Part shown: positions 12,024-24,098 of the stretch, piece after piece
Position numbering within the stretch: the stretch's first letter is position 1
Layout of the letters: each line of letters starts with the position of its first letter
Assembly: GCA_004431415.1 (NCBI GenBank)
Contig: QPMI01000477.1
Coordinates: forward strand, 124,001 to 188,000
Source: Cyanophora paradoxa CCMP329
Lineage: Eukaryota; Plantae; Glaucophyta
DNA: 64,000 bases
Direction: 5' to 3'
Notes under the pieces: generated by a model
The model's database searches: none
The model's input: the letters and a program-made list of their open reading frames with translations, nothing else
Told to the model about the DNA's origin: nothing
Position numbers and translations under genes: made by a program

Positions 12024-15000
12024 CTAGGGGCCGTACGAGCCCGGGGGCGAGCCGTAGGAGCCGGGGCGGGGGTACCCCGAGGGCCGCAGGGAGGCGGAGG
12101 CGACGCGGGAGAAGCCCAGCGACGCCCGGTCGTCCGCGTACCTCCGGGGGGGTGAGAGGCCGGCAAGGGGGAGGCTGGGGTGCCGCACTTGATACGGACG
12201 GCGTCGCCGGAGACGCAGATGAGCGTGTAGGCCTGGAGGGGGTTGTGGGAAACGAGGCGAGGGAAGGAGAGGGCGCGGGCGACCGGGTACCTGATTCCTC
12301 GATTCGTTGTCCATGATGGACCACTGGGGAGGGGGGGTGAGCGACAGGAACGGGAAGCGGGTAAGGGCGGGGGGGTACCTGGGAGATGTGGTAGGCGAGG
12401 ATGCAGTTCCCTCCCAGCGCCGCCACGCGCGCCCGCGCGATCGCGTTCGCCTCTGGAGCAGCGCTCGTTCGCGGGGACCGGCGGGGTACGGCGATGCGGG
12501 AAGGGGGTACCGGTGAGGAAGTCGTGGCTGAACTGAGAGAGGCCGCCCTCGTCCCGGACCTCGTTCGACTCCCGGATGAGGTGCCTTTCCGCGCGTCGGC
12601 GGGGGGTACGGCGCAGGTAAGGGCGGCGGGGGGTACGCTCACACGTCGACGCGACCGAGCCAGCGCTCGACCTTACCCCCCGGGATCCACGAGAGGCTCG
12701 TCAGCTCGATGTACTCCTGCGCCGGTTCGGATCCGGGCGGGGCGGGGCGGGGACGGGGGGCGGGGCGCGCCGTGCTGTCCTGGCCGCCCTTGGAGCCCCG
12801 CGAGAACCAGCGGCGGCTCACTGCAAGCGAAGGTCAGCGGTTGCTAGCCAGGCGGGCCCTCGGGCCAGCGCCGGGGCGCACCGGAGAGGTCGGGGCGCGG
12901 GCTCTCCTCGTCGCTGGAGGAGGACGAGGCCGAGTTGGAGGCGGAGGAGGCCCGGCGCGCCCCCGATAGGCTCGAGAGCAGCGACCTGCGGCGCGTTGGG
13001 ATAGGAAAAGAAGGGAGGGAGGGAGGGCGGGGCGCACTGGCCGCGGCGGGCGAGGGCGAGGGCGGCGGTGGTGACGGAGGAAGTGCGGCGCGCGGCGGCG
13101 GCGGCGGCGCCGGCCGCCAGGCTGCGCGAGCTCCCGCTTCCCCCGCTCCGCTGGCTGTCCGTCCGCTGCAGCGGCGCCAGCGGCGAGGCCGACGAGGGCG
13201 GCGCCTGCGCCGGCGGCGGCGGCGGGCTGCCCCGCGGGGCGGAGCCGCCGGGGGCCGGGGCGGAGGGGGCGGGGCTGAGGGAGGTCGGGGGGGTCCCCGC
13301 GGGGCCCGAGGGGGAGGCGGAGGGCGCCGGGTCCAGCGTCGGAGCCTCCGGCGCAGGGAGGACCTGTGCAGGAGTCAGGGGGTACGGTCTTGAAGAAGAA
13401 AGCGGGGGTACGGACCTGCTCCTGGATGGGGGTCTCGAGCAGCGCCATGCACGTGATCACGATCTGCGCGTTGATCGCGGTCCGCTCGGGAGGGGTACGC
13501 GATTTGCGCGGGGAAAGAGGGGGGTACCTGAACGACGTCCTCATCCGGAAGTTCCACGCGGCTCCGGAGGCCCGTCACGCGGCACGGCCGCAACTGCCGC
13601 AGCTGCGGGGGGAGGGGGAGAAGATCGGCGAGGGGTACCGGGGTACGGGGGGTACGGCGTGCCTTGAAGGCGAGGGAGAGGTACAGGTCGTCGAAGAGGG
13701 AGGAGAAGAGCGGGTTGCAGTGGCCCTCCGACTGCGGCGTGCCCCGATCAGGGGGTACAGCGGAGGTCTACAGGCCTGGTCCGTACCCCGGAGGCCCAGG
13801 TGATGCGCCGGGCGACCACGATGAGCTGCTCAGATGACTTTTCAGGCGGAGGGGAAACGACAGGCGAGGGGTACGGGCCTGGAGGGTGGAGGGGGCGGTC
13901 CAGTCCCACGCTGAGAGGGGCTCCTGCTCCGACGACAGGAACCGTACCCCGGGCGGCGTCTGCGGGGGTACGATGATTTAGATCAAGGGCCGGGGACTGG
14001 AGGGGGTTGGAAAGACGGGGGTACCGCGCGGTCCATGAGGACGGAAAGCGCTTCGGCGTCTGACGGGGGTACAGGTTCGGGGAGAAGCGGAAAAGAGGGA
14101 GGGGGAACGTTGAGGGCTTGGGTACCGTTCTCGTCGTCGACCTCGACGACGAAGGCGGCCCGGGGGTCCTGCGGCGGTACGCTTGAATCTTAGGTGTGCA
14201 CTCCCCTTCAATCGGGTTTGCGCACCTGCCCCGCGGCGGCTGACTGCGCCCGGTCGATCGCGGCGCCTGCGGGGGAGGGGGTTAGGGGGGATGAAGCGAG
14301 AAGGGGTAGGGCGGGGCGGGAACCCGGCTGGGAGAAGTCCTCGTCGCCGGAGGAGGAAGAGGAGGAGGAGGGGGAGGAGTCGGAGGCGGTGCCGGCGCGG
14401 GGCCGCGACTGCGGGTGCGCCCGCTCGCGCTCGCGCGGCGAGGGCCCCGCCGGCGCCGAGTCGCCCTCCCGACGCCCGCCCCCTCGGTGCCGGCCGCCGC
14501 CCCGTCGGCCGGCGAGAAGGAGAGCTGCCGCGTCGACCCGTTGCCGCCGCCCTCGCGGTCGCCGGCGGCGGAGGGCGTGCCGTGGGCGGCGCGGAGGGGG
14601 TGGCGGCGGGGCTCGAAGCCGGCGGGCTCCGCTCGGGCCGCCGCGGCGGCTGCACGTGGGCCCCGTGAGCGCCGCCTCCATCTCGTCCCGGGCCACCAGC
14701 GCCGCCGACGGGTTCCACGCCGCGGCGGCCGCCGCGAGGGCCGGGAAGCCGCGGGAGACGAGGGGCCGCTGGCGCTCGCGGGCGGCCGCGAGCGCCTCGC
14801 CCTCGCGCTTCACGCTGCGGCGGTTCGCCTCCGAGCGCTCCAGGATGCCCGCCATCAGCTCCTGCAGCCTCACCTGAGCGCCCCGCGCGTGAGAAGAGGA
14901 AAGGGAAGGAGGGGAGGGGAGGGGAGGGTGCGGGCCTCGGAGGCGGAGGAGCCCTGGAAGTTGCGGGAGAGGCGGAGGAGGGGCGGCGTGGGGAGCGCCG

Positions 15001-15241
15001 GGCTGTAGAAGGCCGTGCACGTCGCCATCGACGCGATCTGCGGCCGGCCGGCCCGTGAGCGGCCGGCGGGGCGGGGCGGCGCGGGGAGGGTCGCGGGAGG
15101 ATCTGATGGGCGCCTGGGTCTGCCCCACGACGAGCTGGAGGGTGATCCCGAACGCCATGTTCATCCCCTGGATCTGAGGGGGGGGGGGGGGGGGGGGGGA
15201 GCGGGGGCCGTCTGGCGAGGCCCGTGGGGCGGCGGGGCGGC

Positions 15242-15277
<36 letters not shown>

Positions 15278-18200
15278 ACATGGGGGCGCGCCATGAGCTT
15301 GTTCATGAGCTGGGAGTAGAGGTCGTACTCGAGGAAGGGGATCGTCTCGGAGACCTGCGCGCGCTCGTCTCCGGGGAGCGAGCGGAGGAGAGGGGAGGGG
15401 GGGGGCGGACGGCGATGGCGTTGGACTCGCCGCCGGCCTTTTTCTTCTCGCGGCACACCCGCGCCTCCACGAACCGCCCTGAGCGGCGGAGGCCTCGCGC
15501 GTCAGCCCTCGAGGAGGAAGGCGGGCGGGCGGGGGGGGGGAGGGGGGCAGCCGACGGACCTCGGGAGGCGACGGGGAGGAGGGCCGGCGGCTCCACCGTC
15601 GCCAGCAGCACCTGAGGGGGGGTGAGAGGGGCCGGGGCCGGGGGCGGGGGCGGGGCCGGGGGCGCCTCGGGGACGATCTTGCGGCCGCAGATGCCGCAGG
15701 GGAGGAGCTTCATGGGGAAGGGCGCGCCCCGCCGCTGGTACGGCACGTGGCACATCGCGCACGGCGCTGCCGGAGCGAGCTCACGGCGCTGCCGGAGCAA
15801 GGGCGTGGGGAGGAGGGCGCACGCTCGCGGCGGCGGAAGCCGACGCGGCGGCGGCGGCGGCGGCGCTGGGGCGGGTCCCCCTCGGCGCGCTCGTCGCGGT
15901 CGCGGTCCCTCTCGGGGGCCCCCGGGGCGGCCTCCCGGTCGGCCCCCGCGCGGGAGGCCCAGTCCAACACCGCCGCCGTCCCGTACGCCGAGAGCACGAT
16001 CAAATCTGGGGAGGGGCGAGCTCGGGCGGGGTACGGGGGCCCCGCGTTCGCTTCGGGGGGCGCCGCGCACCGTCCTCGATGGTGACGAGCTCGCGGTAGC
16101 CGACGATGTGCGTGCAGCGGAGGGAGCGGGCGTGGCCCCGCACCTCCTCCCGCACCTGGCCGCACAGGATCTGAGCGGCTCGAAGCGAGGGTAGGGGGGT
16201 ACGGGGAGCTCGCCTCGGCCCACCACGCGTCCCGCGTCTCCTCGCGGTCCCGGGAGCTGCGGGGGGGATCAGACCCGAAAGGGGCCCCACGCAGAGCCGA
16301 ACCTGAGCAGCTTGACGGCGCGGGCGGTGACCATTCCCCCGATGCGGGAGAGGACTCCGGGGGGGAACGCTGCGGGGCGGCGCCTCAGGGATGGAAAGGG
16401 ACGGGGCACAGGGGGAGGGGCGGGCCCTCGAGGGTGACGAAGGGGACGGAGTCGGGGGCCAGGGGCCCGACGCCGCCGGCCGCCCCCGGCACCATGCTGC
16501 CCTCGGCCTCAGAAGAAGGGGGCGGGCGGGGGGGGTACGTGCGGGGAGCGGGGCGGCGGGCCTCCTGGCGCGGTGCCCGAGGATGCGCCCCCCGTGGTCG
16601 TCCCCGGCCGTGCCCCGCCGCGCCCCCTTCCCCCGGCTCACCGTGCTCACTGCGCCGGCCCCGCTCAGATCGGGGAGGGGGCGCGAGGGCGGGCGGGGCG
16701 GGCCGGTGCGGAGGGCGGTGGCGGAGGGGAGGAGGTCGCCCGACTCGGGCCCGTCGGCGGCGGTCCCCGGCCCGTCCTCGGAGGAGGCCGGCGGGCGCGG
16801 GGCGGCCGGGGGCGTGGAGGCGGGGCCCCCGCCCAGGCCCGCCAGGCCCGCCAGGCCCCCCGCCGAGTCCGCGTGCTCGCTCGCACCCCCCTCCTCCCGC
16901 CCCCGCGCCAGCACGCACGCCGTCCCGTACCCTGCGCCCCCCTCCGAGCTCGCCCGGCGCCCCCGGCCCCGAGGCAGAGCAACGCGTACCCCTGACCACG
17001 ACGCCGTACTGCCCCTCCAGGTCCACGTGCTGCGGGTGGATGGAGAGGGGGGGGGGGAAGACGCGTCGGCGCGTACCCCGCGGTGAATCGGGGGGTACGT
17101 GGGCACCTGGCGATACCCGATGACGGCGTTGCCCCCCAGGTCGAGCACCTTGCGCCCCAGCAGCCGCCTTACCTTCCTGCGGGGGTACTGAGCGGAGGCG
17201 GGGAAGGGGGGGTAGAAGACTAGGGAATCAATTAGGGGGGGGTACCCGGCCATGTTGTACAGGAGCATCTGGCGGGCGTCGTTCGAGACGCGCGTCGTTC
17301 GGAAGTTGTCCGCCCAATGGTACTCCGGATCCTCCTGGGAGGGTGTGAGGCGGGGTAGGAGACGGAGCTCGAGGGGGTGCGGGCGCGGGCCTCGGCGACG
17401 AGCTCCTCCACGAAGCCGCAGACCGCCTCGATCCGGTAGTTCGCGGGGGTACAGGACACTGCGTTGCGGCGAGGGTACGGTACGCGTCGGCGCCGGATCT
17501 GGAACGCTGTACCCCCGCGGAGCGCACCGGAGAAGAATGCGACGCCGGCGGAGCTTTCACGAAACGGGTTCAGGTCCCCTGCGGGGCGCTTAAGGGCCTA
17601 AAGGCGGAAAGAGGGGCGGGGGGGGGGGGAAGCAGGGGGAGGGGTACGGCACCGAAGACGGAGAGCTTGACGACGAGGTAGAGCTCCCCGCGGATGCCCC
17701 GCAGCGTGTCGTGGATCGGGAACCTGGGCGAGAGGGGGTACGGGATTCAATCAGCGGAGGGGGTCGAGGCCGAGAGGGGGGGGTACCAGCCGGCGATCGA
17801 TTGGCTGCCCTCGCTTTCCTCTAGAAGGAGGCTGTTCAGGTCCTGGGGGGTACGCCCTCAGGTCGGGAGGGGAGGCAACCGGGGAGGGTAAGGGGGCGTA
17901 CGAGGTACACGGAGCCGATGATGTCATCGGACGACAGAATGTCGTGGTCGTAGACCCTTGCGGGGGACATGCGGTTACAGGCGAGGGGCACGACGGGCCG
18001 GGCGGGGTACGAGCGCACTTGATCTCCAGCGGGGCGTCCTGGAGGTGGGAGTCATCCTGCACCTGCGGGGTACACGATTCAGGAAGTCGGGAGGCGAAGG
18101 GGCGGGGCGGCGCAGGGGTACCTCGAAGCGGAAGTCTTCGTTCCAGACGGGGTTCAGCGATTTCCGCTTGACTTCCGTCTTCTGCGTCTCCTGGTCCGCA

Positions 18201-18423
18201 AATTTGATCTGCGGCGGGGCTCGGGCCCTGCCGAGACGCTCGCGATTTGATCCGCGGGCGCGGACCTCAACGTATGCATCAGCGAGCTCGGAAGAGCGGT
18301 CCATGACCGGCAGGTTCCTGCGCCGTGCTCCCGTCGGCGCGGGGCGGGGGCGGGGAGGGCGGGGCGGGCATGGACGCCCGCGCACCTCGCGGAGCCGATG
18401 CGAATTTTGAGGAGCGACGGCAT
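12024..18423 (-). CDS. C2CD5: C2 domain-containing protein 5 (C2CD5/KIAA0528) homologue
   Basis: N-terminal C2 domain MPSLLKIRIGSAR/NLPVMDRSSELADAYVE/IKFADQETQKTEVKRKSLNPVWNEDFRFE/..DAPLEIK/VYDHDILSSDDIIGSV. Family motifs GFVEELV, KVLDLGGNAVIGYRQ, YGTACVL, CAMCHVPY, ISETIPFLEYDLYSQLMNKL-type (VSETIPF..), and C-terminal ARARVAALGGNCILAYHI..AYTLICVSGDAV. Confidence 0.9.
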
Positions 18424-19129
18424 CCAGGGGCTCGGATGTCACGCGGCTAGGCGCGATACGGTCTTGTAGCTGCGCGCGGATCGGATGGCGAAGCGCAAGC
18501 ACGCGAAAAGCGGCGGCACCTGTGGAGTCCAGGAATGCGAGGCGCGTTAGCTAGAGCGCTGTGCGCAACGCCCGCTCCTTGTCCGTGCGTGCGCTACTGA
18601 TGCTCGTGCCTATTGAGCCGCAAACGCGTCGCCCGCCGCATTGAGGGCTGCGCATGCGGGAGCGCTGTGTCAGCGGAGCGTCCGTGAGCACGCCCGAGGA
18701 GCGGAACCGGTGCACAGGAGCGGATGTTGTGCGGTGCACTCACGAGAGCGACCTCGAGGCTGCAGGAGACGAGCGCGTTCTCGACGGGCCGACGTCCCAC
18801 CGCGAAAGCTGGCGCGTCCCCGGAGCTGCCTCTACGGGTCACGAAACGCGTTTGGAGCTCACGCTTAAGCTCCGATCTGCTCCAGCAGACGCGAAGTTCT
18901 GGTCTGGGGGTACAGCGGTCGAGCACTGCAAAACCGCAAGCGGTTTGCAGCTCACTGCGGCTGTTTTCACTAGCCGGCTGTGCGCTTGCAAGCTGGGGCG
19001 AGAAGACAGCTGCTTGCTCGCGCCCAGCGAGCGCTCAGCGTTCAAACTGGGCGCCGCTGCACCGCCAGCCCCGACCGCGTACGCCGCTCAGCATAGGCCG
19101 AGGACGCATGCTTTCGCTTCCTGCTGCAG

Positions 19130-22100
19130 CAACGTCGGCGGCTCTGCAGACCGGGGGGAGCGCTAGCGATGCTTCGAACGGCGTCACAATCAACCGCGGC
19201 GCCGGCGCCGCTGGAGCCGGCGTGTACACGGGAGACGTGCAGGGTGCCGGCCTGCACTTCCTCTACGGGCCTCGATGAAGCGGCGGCCATCGCGCGGCTC
19301 CGGGCCCGCGCCGGCGCCTCCGCTCCGGGAAGCAACGCTAAGCGGTCGCTGTACGAGGATCCGACCTTTCCCGCGTCGCTAAAGTCGCTGTTCCGGGATC
19401 CCGAGAAGCCGTGGGAAGGTGCTGCCCGCGCCGCGGGCCGTCCCGCCCCCTCCCGACCGCCGGCGCGCCCGGCGCCGCGCAGGGCACGCGGATGTGTCGC
19501 TGGTGGAGTGGCTGCGCCCGGGGGAGCTCTGCCCCGGCCAGCCGCGTCTCTTCGTCGACGGCGCGCAGCCCGGCGACGTCATTCAGGGCAACCTCGGTGC
19601 GCCGGCGCCCGCCCCGGGCCCTCCGCGCCACGCCGAATTCGAATCCGATCGCCGCCCCGCAGCCGACTGCTGGCTCCTAGGCGCCTTCAGCGGTGAGCTC
19701 CGAGGCGGGGCCGCGGCCGCCCCCCGCTGTCGGCATTCATCTCGCTGACCTCGCGGCGAGCCAGTGCTGGCGTCGCGGCCGCAGCTGCTCGAGCGCGTCT
19801 TCGCGTCGCCGCGCCACGCCGCGCGCGGCCTCTACGCCGTTGCGATCTACAAGGACCACCATTGGCACGTGCGCTCCTCCCCGGACACGCCCCGGCCCCG
19901 GCCCTCTCCCCCAGTCCCTCGCCGACCTCTGGGGCCCCGCCCGGCCGGGGTACAGCGCATCCTGATCGACGACCGGATCCCGTGCCTGCCGGGGCCCCGG
20001 CCGCTCTACGCCTCCTGCCGCGACCGTGCGCCCTTTTAGCTCGAGCTTCCACGCGCCCCCGCGCCCTGATCCCTCCCGCAGCCAACGAGATTTGGGTACC
20101 CCTCCTCGAGAAGGCCTTCGCGAAGGTACGATGCCAGTACCCCCGGCCCCGCCGGGGTGGCTTGCGAATGCTATCATACCCACCTTTCCCCGCCCAGGCG
20201 CACGGTTGCTACGAGAATCTCGTGGCGGGGTACGTCGACCACGGGCTCAAGGACCTCACAGTGCGCGCGTCGTACCCCCTTGCGCCTCGCGAGTCCTCTG
20301 AACGCCGCACGCTTCCTCTTTAGGGCGGACTCCCTCAAACGGTACCCCTGGCGGGGGCGGGGGACAAGCTCTGGCGCATCCTGCAGCGGGTCCTCGCAGA
20401 GGGGTACGGCCCTCGCGCCCTTTCCTTGCTGTACCCCTCATGCGCCTCGCCGACCCCTCCTCGCAGGTCGCTCGCAGGCTGCGCCTGCGCCCTGTCCAAG
20501 GGCGCCCGCCCCGAGGAGGCCAACGAGAAGGGCATCCTCAAGGCGCGCGATCGAGCCCCGCCGCGTCCACTTCCGCTCTGACCGCCCCCCCCCCCCCCCC
20601 CCCCCTCCCCTCTTTCCCCAGGGCCACGCCTATGGCGTTCTGGAGGCCCGCGTGGTGACGGCGGGGGGTACACCCCACCGCCTCCTCCGCGTCCGGAACC
20701 CATGGCGCGCCCCGCCCCCGCCGACCTGCACCGGTACCCCTGACGCACTGCAGGGGCCGCGCGGAGTGGAAGGGCCCCTGGAGCGACGGTGCCCCCGAGT
20801 GGAGCGAAGAGATCCTGGTTCGATCCCGCCCGGGAGCCCTTTCTTGCAAGGAGCCTCGACGCCCGCCCGCCCCTCATGCAGGCCGAGCTGGGGTACGAGT
20901 TCGGGGACGACGGCACCTTCTGGATTGGCTGGGAGGACTTCACGAAGGTGCGGGGGTACAGTGCGCGACGGGTGAGGGGGCAGAGCCCTCATCCCCCGGG
21001 TACAGGAGTTCACGACACTGTACCTGTGCCGCATCTTCGGGGAGGGCTGGGCCGGCCAGCGCATCCTGGTACCCCTGATTTTCGGAATTGTACCCCAACC
21101 TCTGCTGACGTCCATGCAGGGGGAGTGGAAGGCTGGGTGGAGCGCCTGGGGCTGCCCCAACGCGGGGAACCGCAACTGGCACAGGAACCGCCAGTTCCAC
21201 CTCCAGGCGAGTGGCGTACCCGCTTCGTTGTTTCTTCCGTTCAATCGTGTACCCCCCAGATCGAGGGGAGGGCGCTCCTCCACGCGGTCCTCTCGCAAGG
21301 GGACGTACGCCTCCTCGGCAGGAGCCAGGTACCCCCGATCCGTTCCTCCCGTACCCCTCCCGACCGTCCGGATCCCATCTTGCAGCGCGAGTACCCCGCC
21401 GCCATCGGCTTCTTTGTCTTCCGCGCGGGGGGTACGCTCCCTGCTTTCCCCCCCTCCTCCCCGCCATTCCTTTTCAGAAACTCTTTCCGCCGGGCAGGTG
21501 CGGGGCGCGGGGAGCCTGTGGCGGCGGTGGCGGGCAACGACGACGTGGCGGCCACTAGTGGCGCCTTCAAGCCCTCACGCGACGGTACCCCCCGTCCCAG
21601 AGGGGCTACGCGCGCTTGTCTCAGGTCCGCTGATCGCTTTCTCCCTTCCTGCAGTCTCCGCCTCGTTCACGCTGTCCGAGGGCAACTACAAGGCATCTGC
21701 CCCGCTCATTCAACCCGCCTGAGTCCCGATCCTGAGCCGGTACCCCTCCAGGTCGTGCCTATGACGTACGAGCCGGGCCAGGAGGCGGGGTACAGCCTCG
21801 CGATCTGGTCCCAGGGCGACGTCGACCTCGAGGCGAGGAGGCCGTACCCCCCGCCTCCAAGCCCCCGAACTAAGCCCCCGCAGGACGCGACGGGCCTTCC
21901 GAAGTTCGTACGGGCGGACCCGCCCGGCGAGGCCCGCGCCGGTGCCCGCCCCGGCCCCCTCCGGCCTGACTTGGCCTTGGCTGACGGGGCGGCGACGGGC
22001 CGGGGGCAGGCGGGTGGGCGGGGGAGCACGCCGGCAGGCCCCGCGACGCCGTGCGCTCCCCTCCCGCCCGGCCCGTCGCCTCCGCCGCCCCCGAGCGCCG

Positions 22101-23982
22101 CGCAGGCGCGCGAGGGGCTCTTCGGGGCCAGCCCCGCCCTCATCCGCCTCGCCCCGCCCGACGGTACGCCCCCTCCGCCGCTCCCGACGCCCTCGCGCCC
22201 CCGCCGGCCCTCTCATCCTCGCCCGCCCCGCCCTGCCAGAGCCCGAAGTCGAGCCGAATCCCGTCTTCGATCCGTGCCCTCTCCCCGCCCAGCCGCCCTC
22301 GCCCGCCCCTTGCGACCCCCTGCTCACGGGGCGCAGGCGGCTGCTCCCGCCGCCGTCGCGGAGTCCCGGGTGGCCCAAGGCCCTCCCCGGGCACCCCGAG
22401 GCCTTCACGAGGCGCGTACCCTCCCCCGGCTCACCTGAGCGGCGCCTGAGCGGCGCGCAGGTGGCTCGCGGAGGCCCGCCCGCCCGAGGCTCCCCCATCC
22501 AGAGCGGCCGCGCCCGACTGGGATCCTCCACCCGCGCGCCCCGGAGCCCGCGGCCACGCGCCCGCCAGCCGCCCGCCTCTGCCCTCCTGCGGGGCCCGCC
22601 CCTTCGGGTGCGCTTGAGCTCTCTACCCCCGCCTCTCCATTGCGGCATCGAGGTTCCCGGGGGTGCAGGTCAGAGGCGGGAGAGGACAGCGACGACCAGG
22701 GCGAGGCGGGCTGGGAGGGGGTCTACGAGAGGCGCGCCGTCCCTTCCCACTGGCGCCTCTCGGGCTCTCAGGAGTCGCGCAGGGGCCGGCCGCGCCTGGG
22801 CGGCCGCGTGCTGGTCTCCGAGCTGCGGCTCCGCGGGGCCGTGCCGCTGCCGGCCGGGGCCGACCCCGGGCCCGGCTGGGCGAACTTTGTCTGGCTCGAG
22901 GTGCCTCCACCCTCCCGCCCGTACCCTTCGTCCTCCTTCCATCGCTCACGGCCCCGCAGGCGTCGGTGGGCGAGCGGAGCCGGGCGGCGCGGGCGGCGCT
23001 CGCCCCCGGGGACCCCGGCACCGCCGCCGCCTTCGCCGACTCGTTCTACTTGTGCGCCCCCGCTCGCCCGAGCCGCCTCCGCCTTCGGTTCGACGTCGAC
23101 CACCGCGCGGCGCAGCGGGCGCCTGGAGCACGGGGCGGCCCTCCGCCTGCTCGCCTTCCGCGGGCGCGGCCGCTGGCGCCAGGGCCGGGCGGCGGCGCCC
23201 GCGCCCCGCCCGGGCCGAGCTCCTGGGCGAGCTCCGCCTCCCGCTCGCCGACCTCGCCGGCTGGCGCGACGGCGCCGAGCGCAGCGCCGCTTCCCGCTGG
23301 TTCCCGTGCGCGCCCCGTTTCTGCCCTCCCGATCGCCCGCCCCGCCGGCGCCGACCGGCCCCGCAGGCTCGCAGTGCGGGGCGACGCTCCCACGGCTTTT
23401 ACCACCGCCGCCCCCGCCCCCGAGGCGCCCCACCCTCCAAACTTTCGAAAACCCAGCCCGGCCTGAGGCGCCGCACGCAGGTTCAGATGGCGCTGCGCTA
23501 CAGCGGGCCGCCCCCGCGCCGGCGGCCCCCCGGGTCCTTCCCCGAGCCCGAGCCCGAGCCCGAGGCGGGGGCGGAGCGGGTGCCCCGCGCGACGTTCGGG
23601 CGCGACGGCGCCGACTGGCTCGAGTACACCGACAAGGTACGCAGCTCGAATCTCCGGGGGGCCTTTTCCGTTGGTGAAACTGAGGGCGCGGCAGTGGGGC
23701 GAGAGCCGCGAGGACTGCCCCCCGCCGCCCCCACCCCCGCCTCGAGGGACGGCGCGCGGTCGCGGGCTGCGGCCCGACCTTTCCGCCCCTCCCCCCGCAA
23801 CATATCCTGTCCCTTACCCCGCACCGTACCCGCCTCCCATGCACCCGCACCCCTATAGCTACAGCTACGCTTACCCCGGCCCCCCCGTGCCTTACCTCCT
23901 GGCGGCTCCTGTCCCTTGGATCTCAGCTCTACCCCCGCCTGCACCCCCGCCCCCTTCGTGGCCGTATGCGTATCCCCGATAG
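19130..23982 (+). CDS. Calpain-family cysteine protease: CysPc + calpain domain III + Pro-rich linker + degenerate C2-like domain; 5' end unresolved (may extend to about 18.65 kb)
   Basis: LYEDPTFPAS, WLRPGEL, DVIQGNLG/DCWLL (catalytic Cys, about 19667), IDDRIP, EIWVPLLEKAFAK, GHAYG (His, about 20625), RVRNPW (Asn, about 20697), EWKGPWSD, DDGTFWIGWEDF, GEWKAGWSAWGCPN, VVPMTYEPGQE. Later LLGELRLPLADL..SRWFP..VQMALRY and a Pro/Tyr-rich tail ending at 23982. Confidence 0.88.
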
Positions 23983-24098
23983 TGCTAACTTTGCTCGAGC
24001 TCACCATCAGAAATGTACCGCATCCAACATGAGCGACTTCGAAGCTTGAATTTGATCCTAAAAGCGACTCGGCGGGCCGGGCGGGGCGGCGGGGCGGC

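Noticed and set aside
19261-19280. Apparent frameshift near the calpain N-terminus (FLYG to LDEAAA)
   Set aside because: One extra G in a short G run explains it, and the alternative upstream frame is also open. The catalytic triad is intact, so I did not call a pseudogene.
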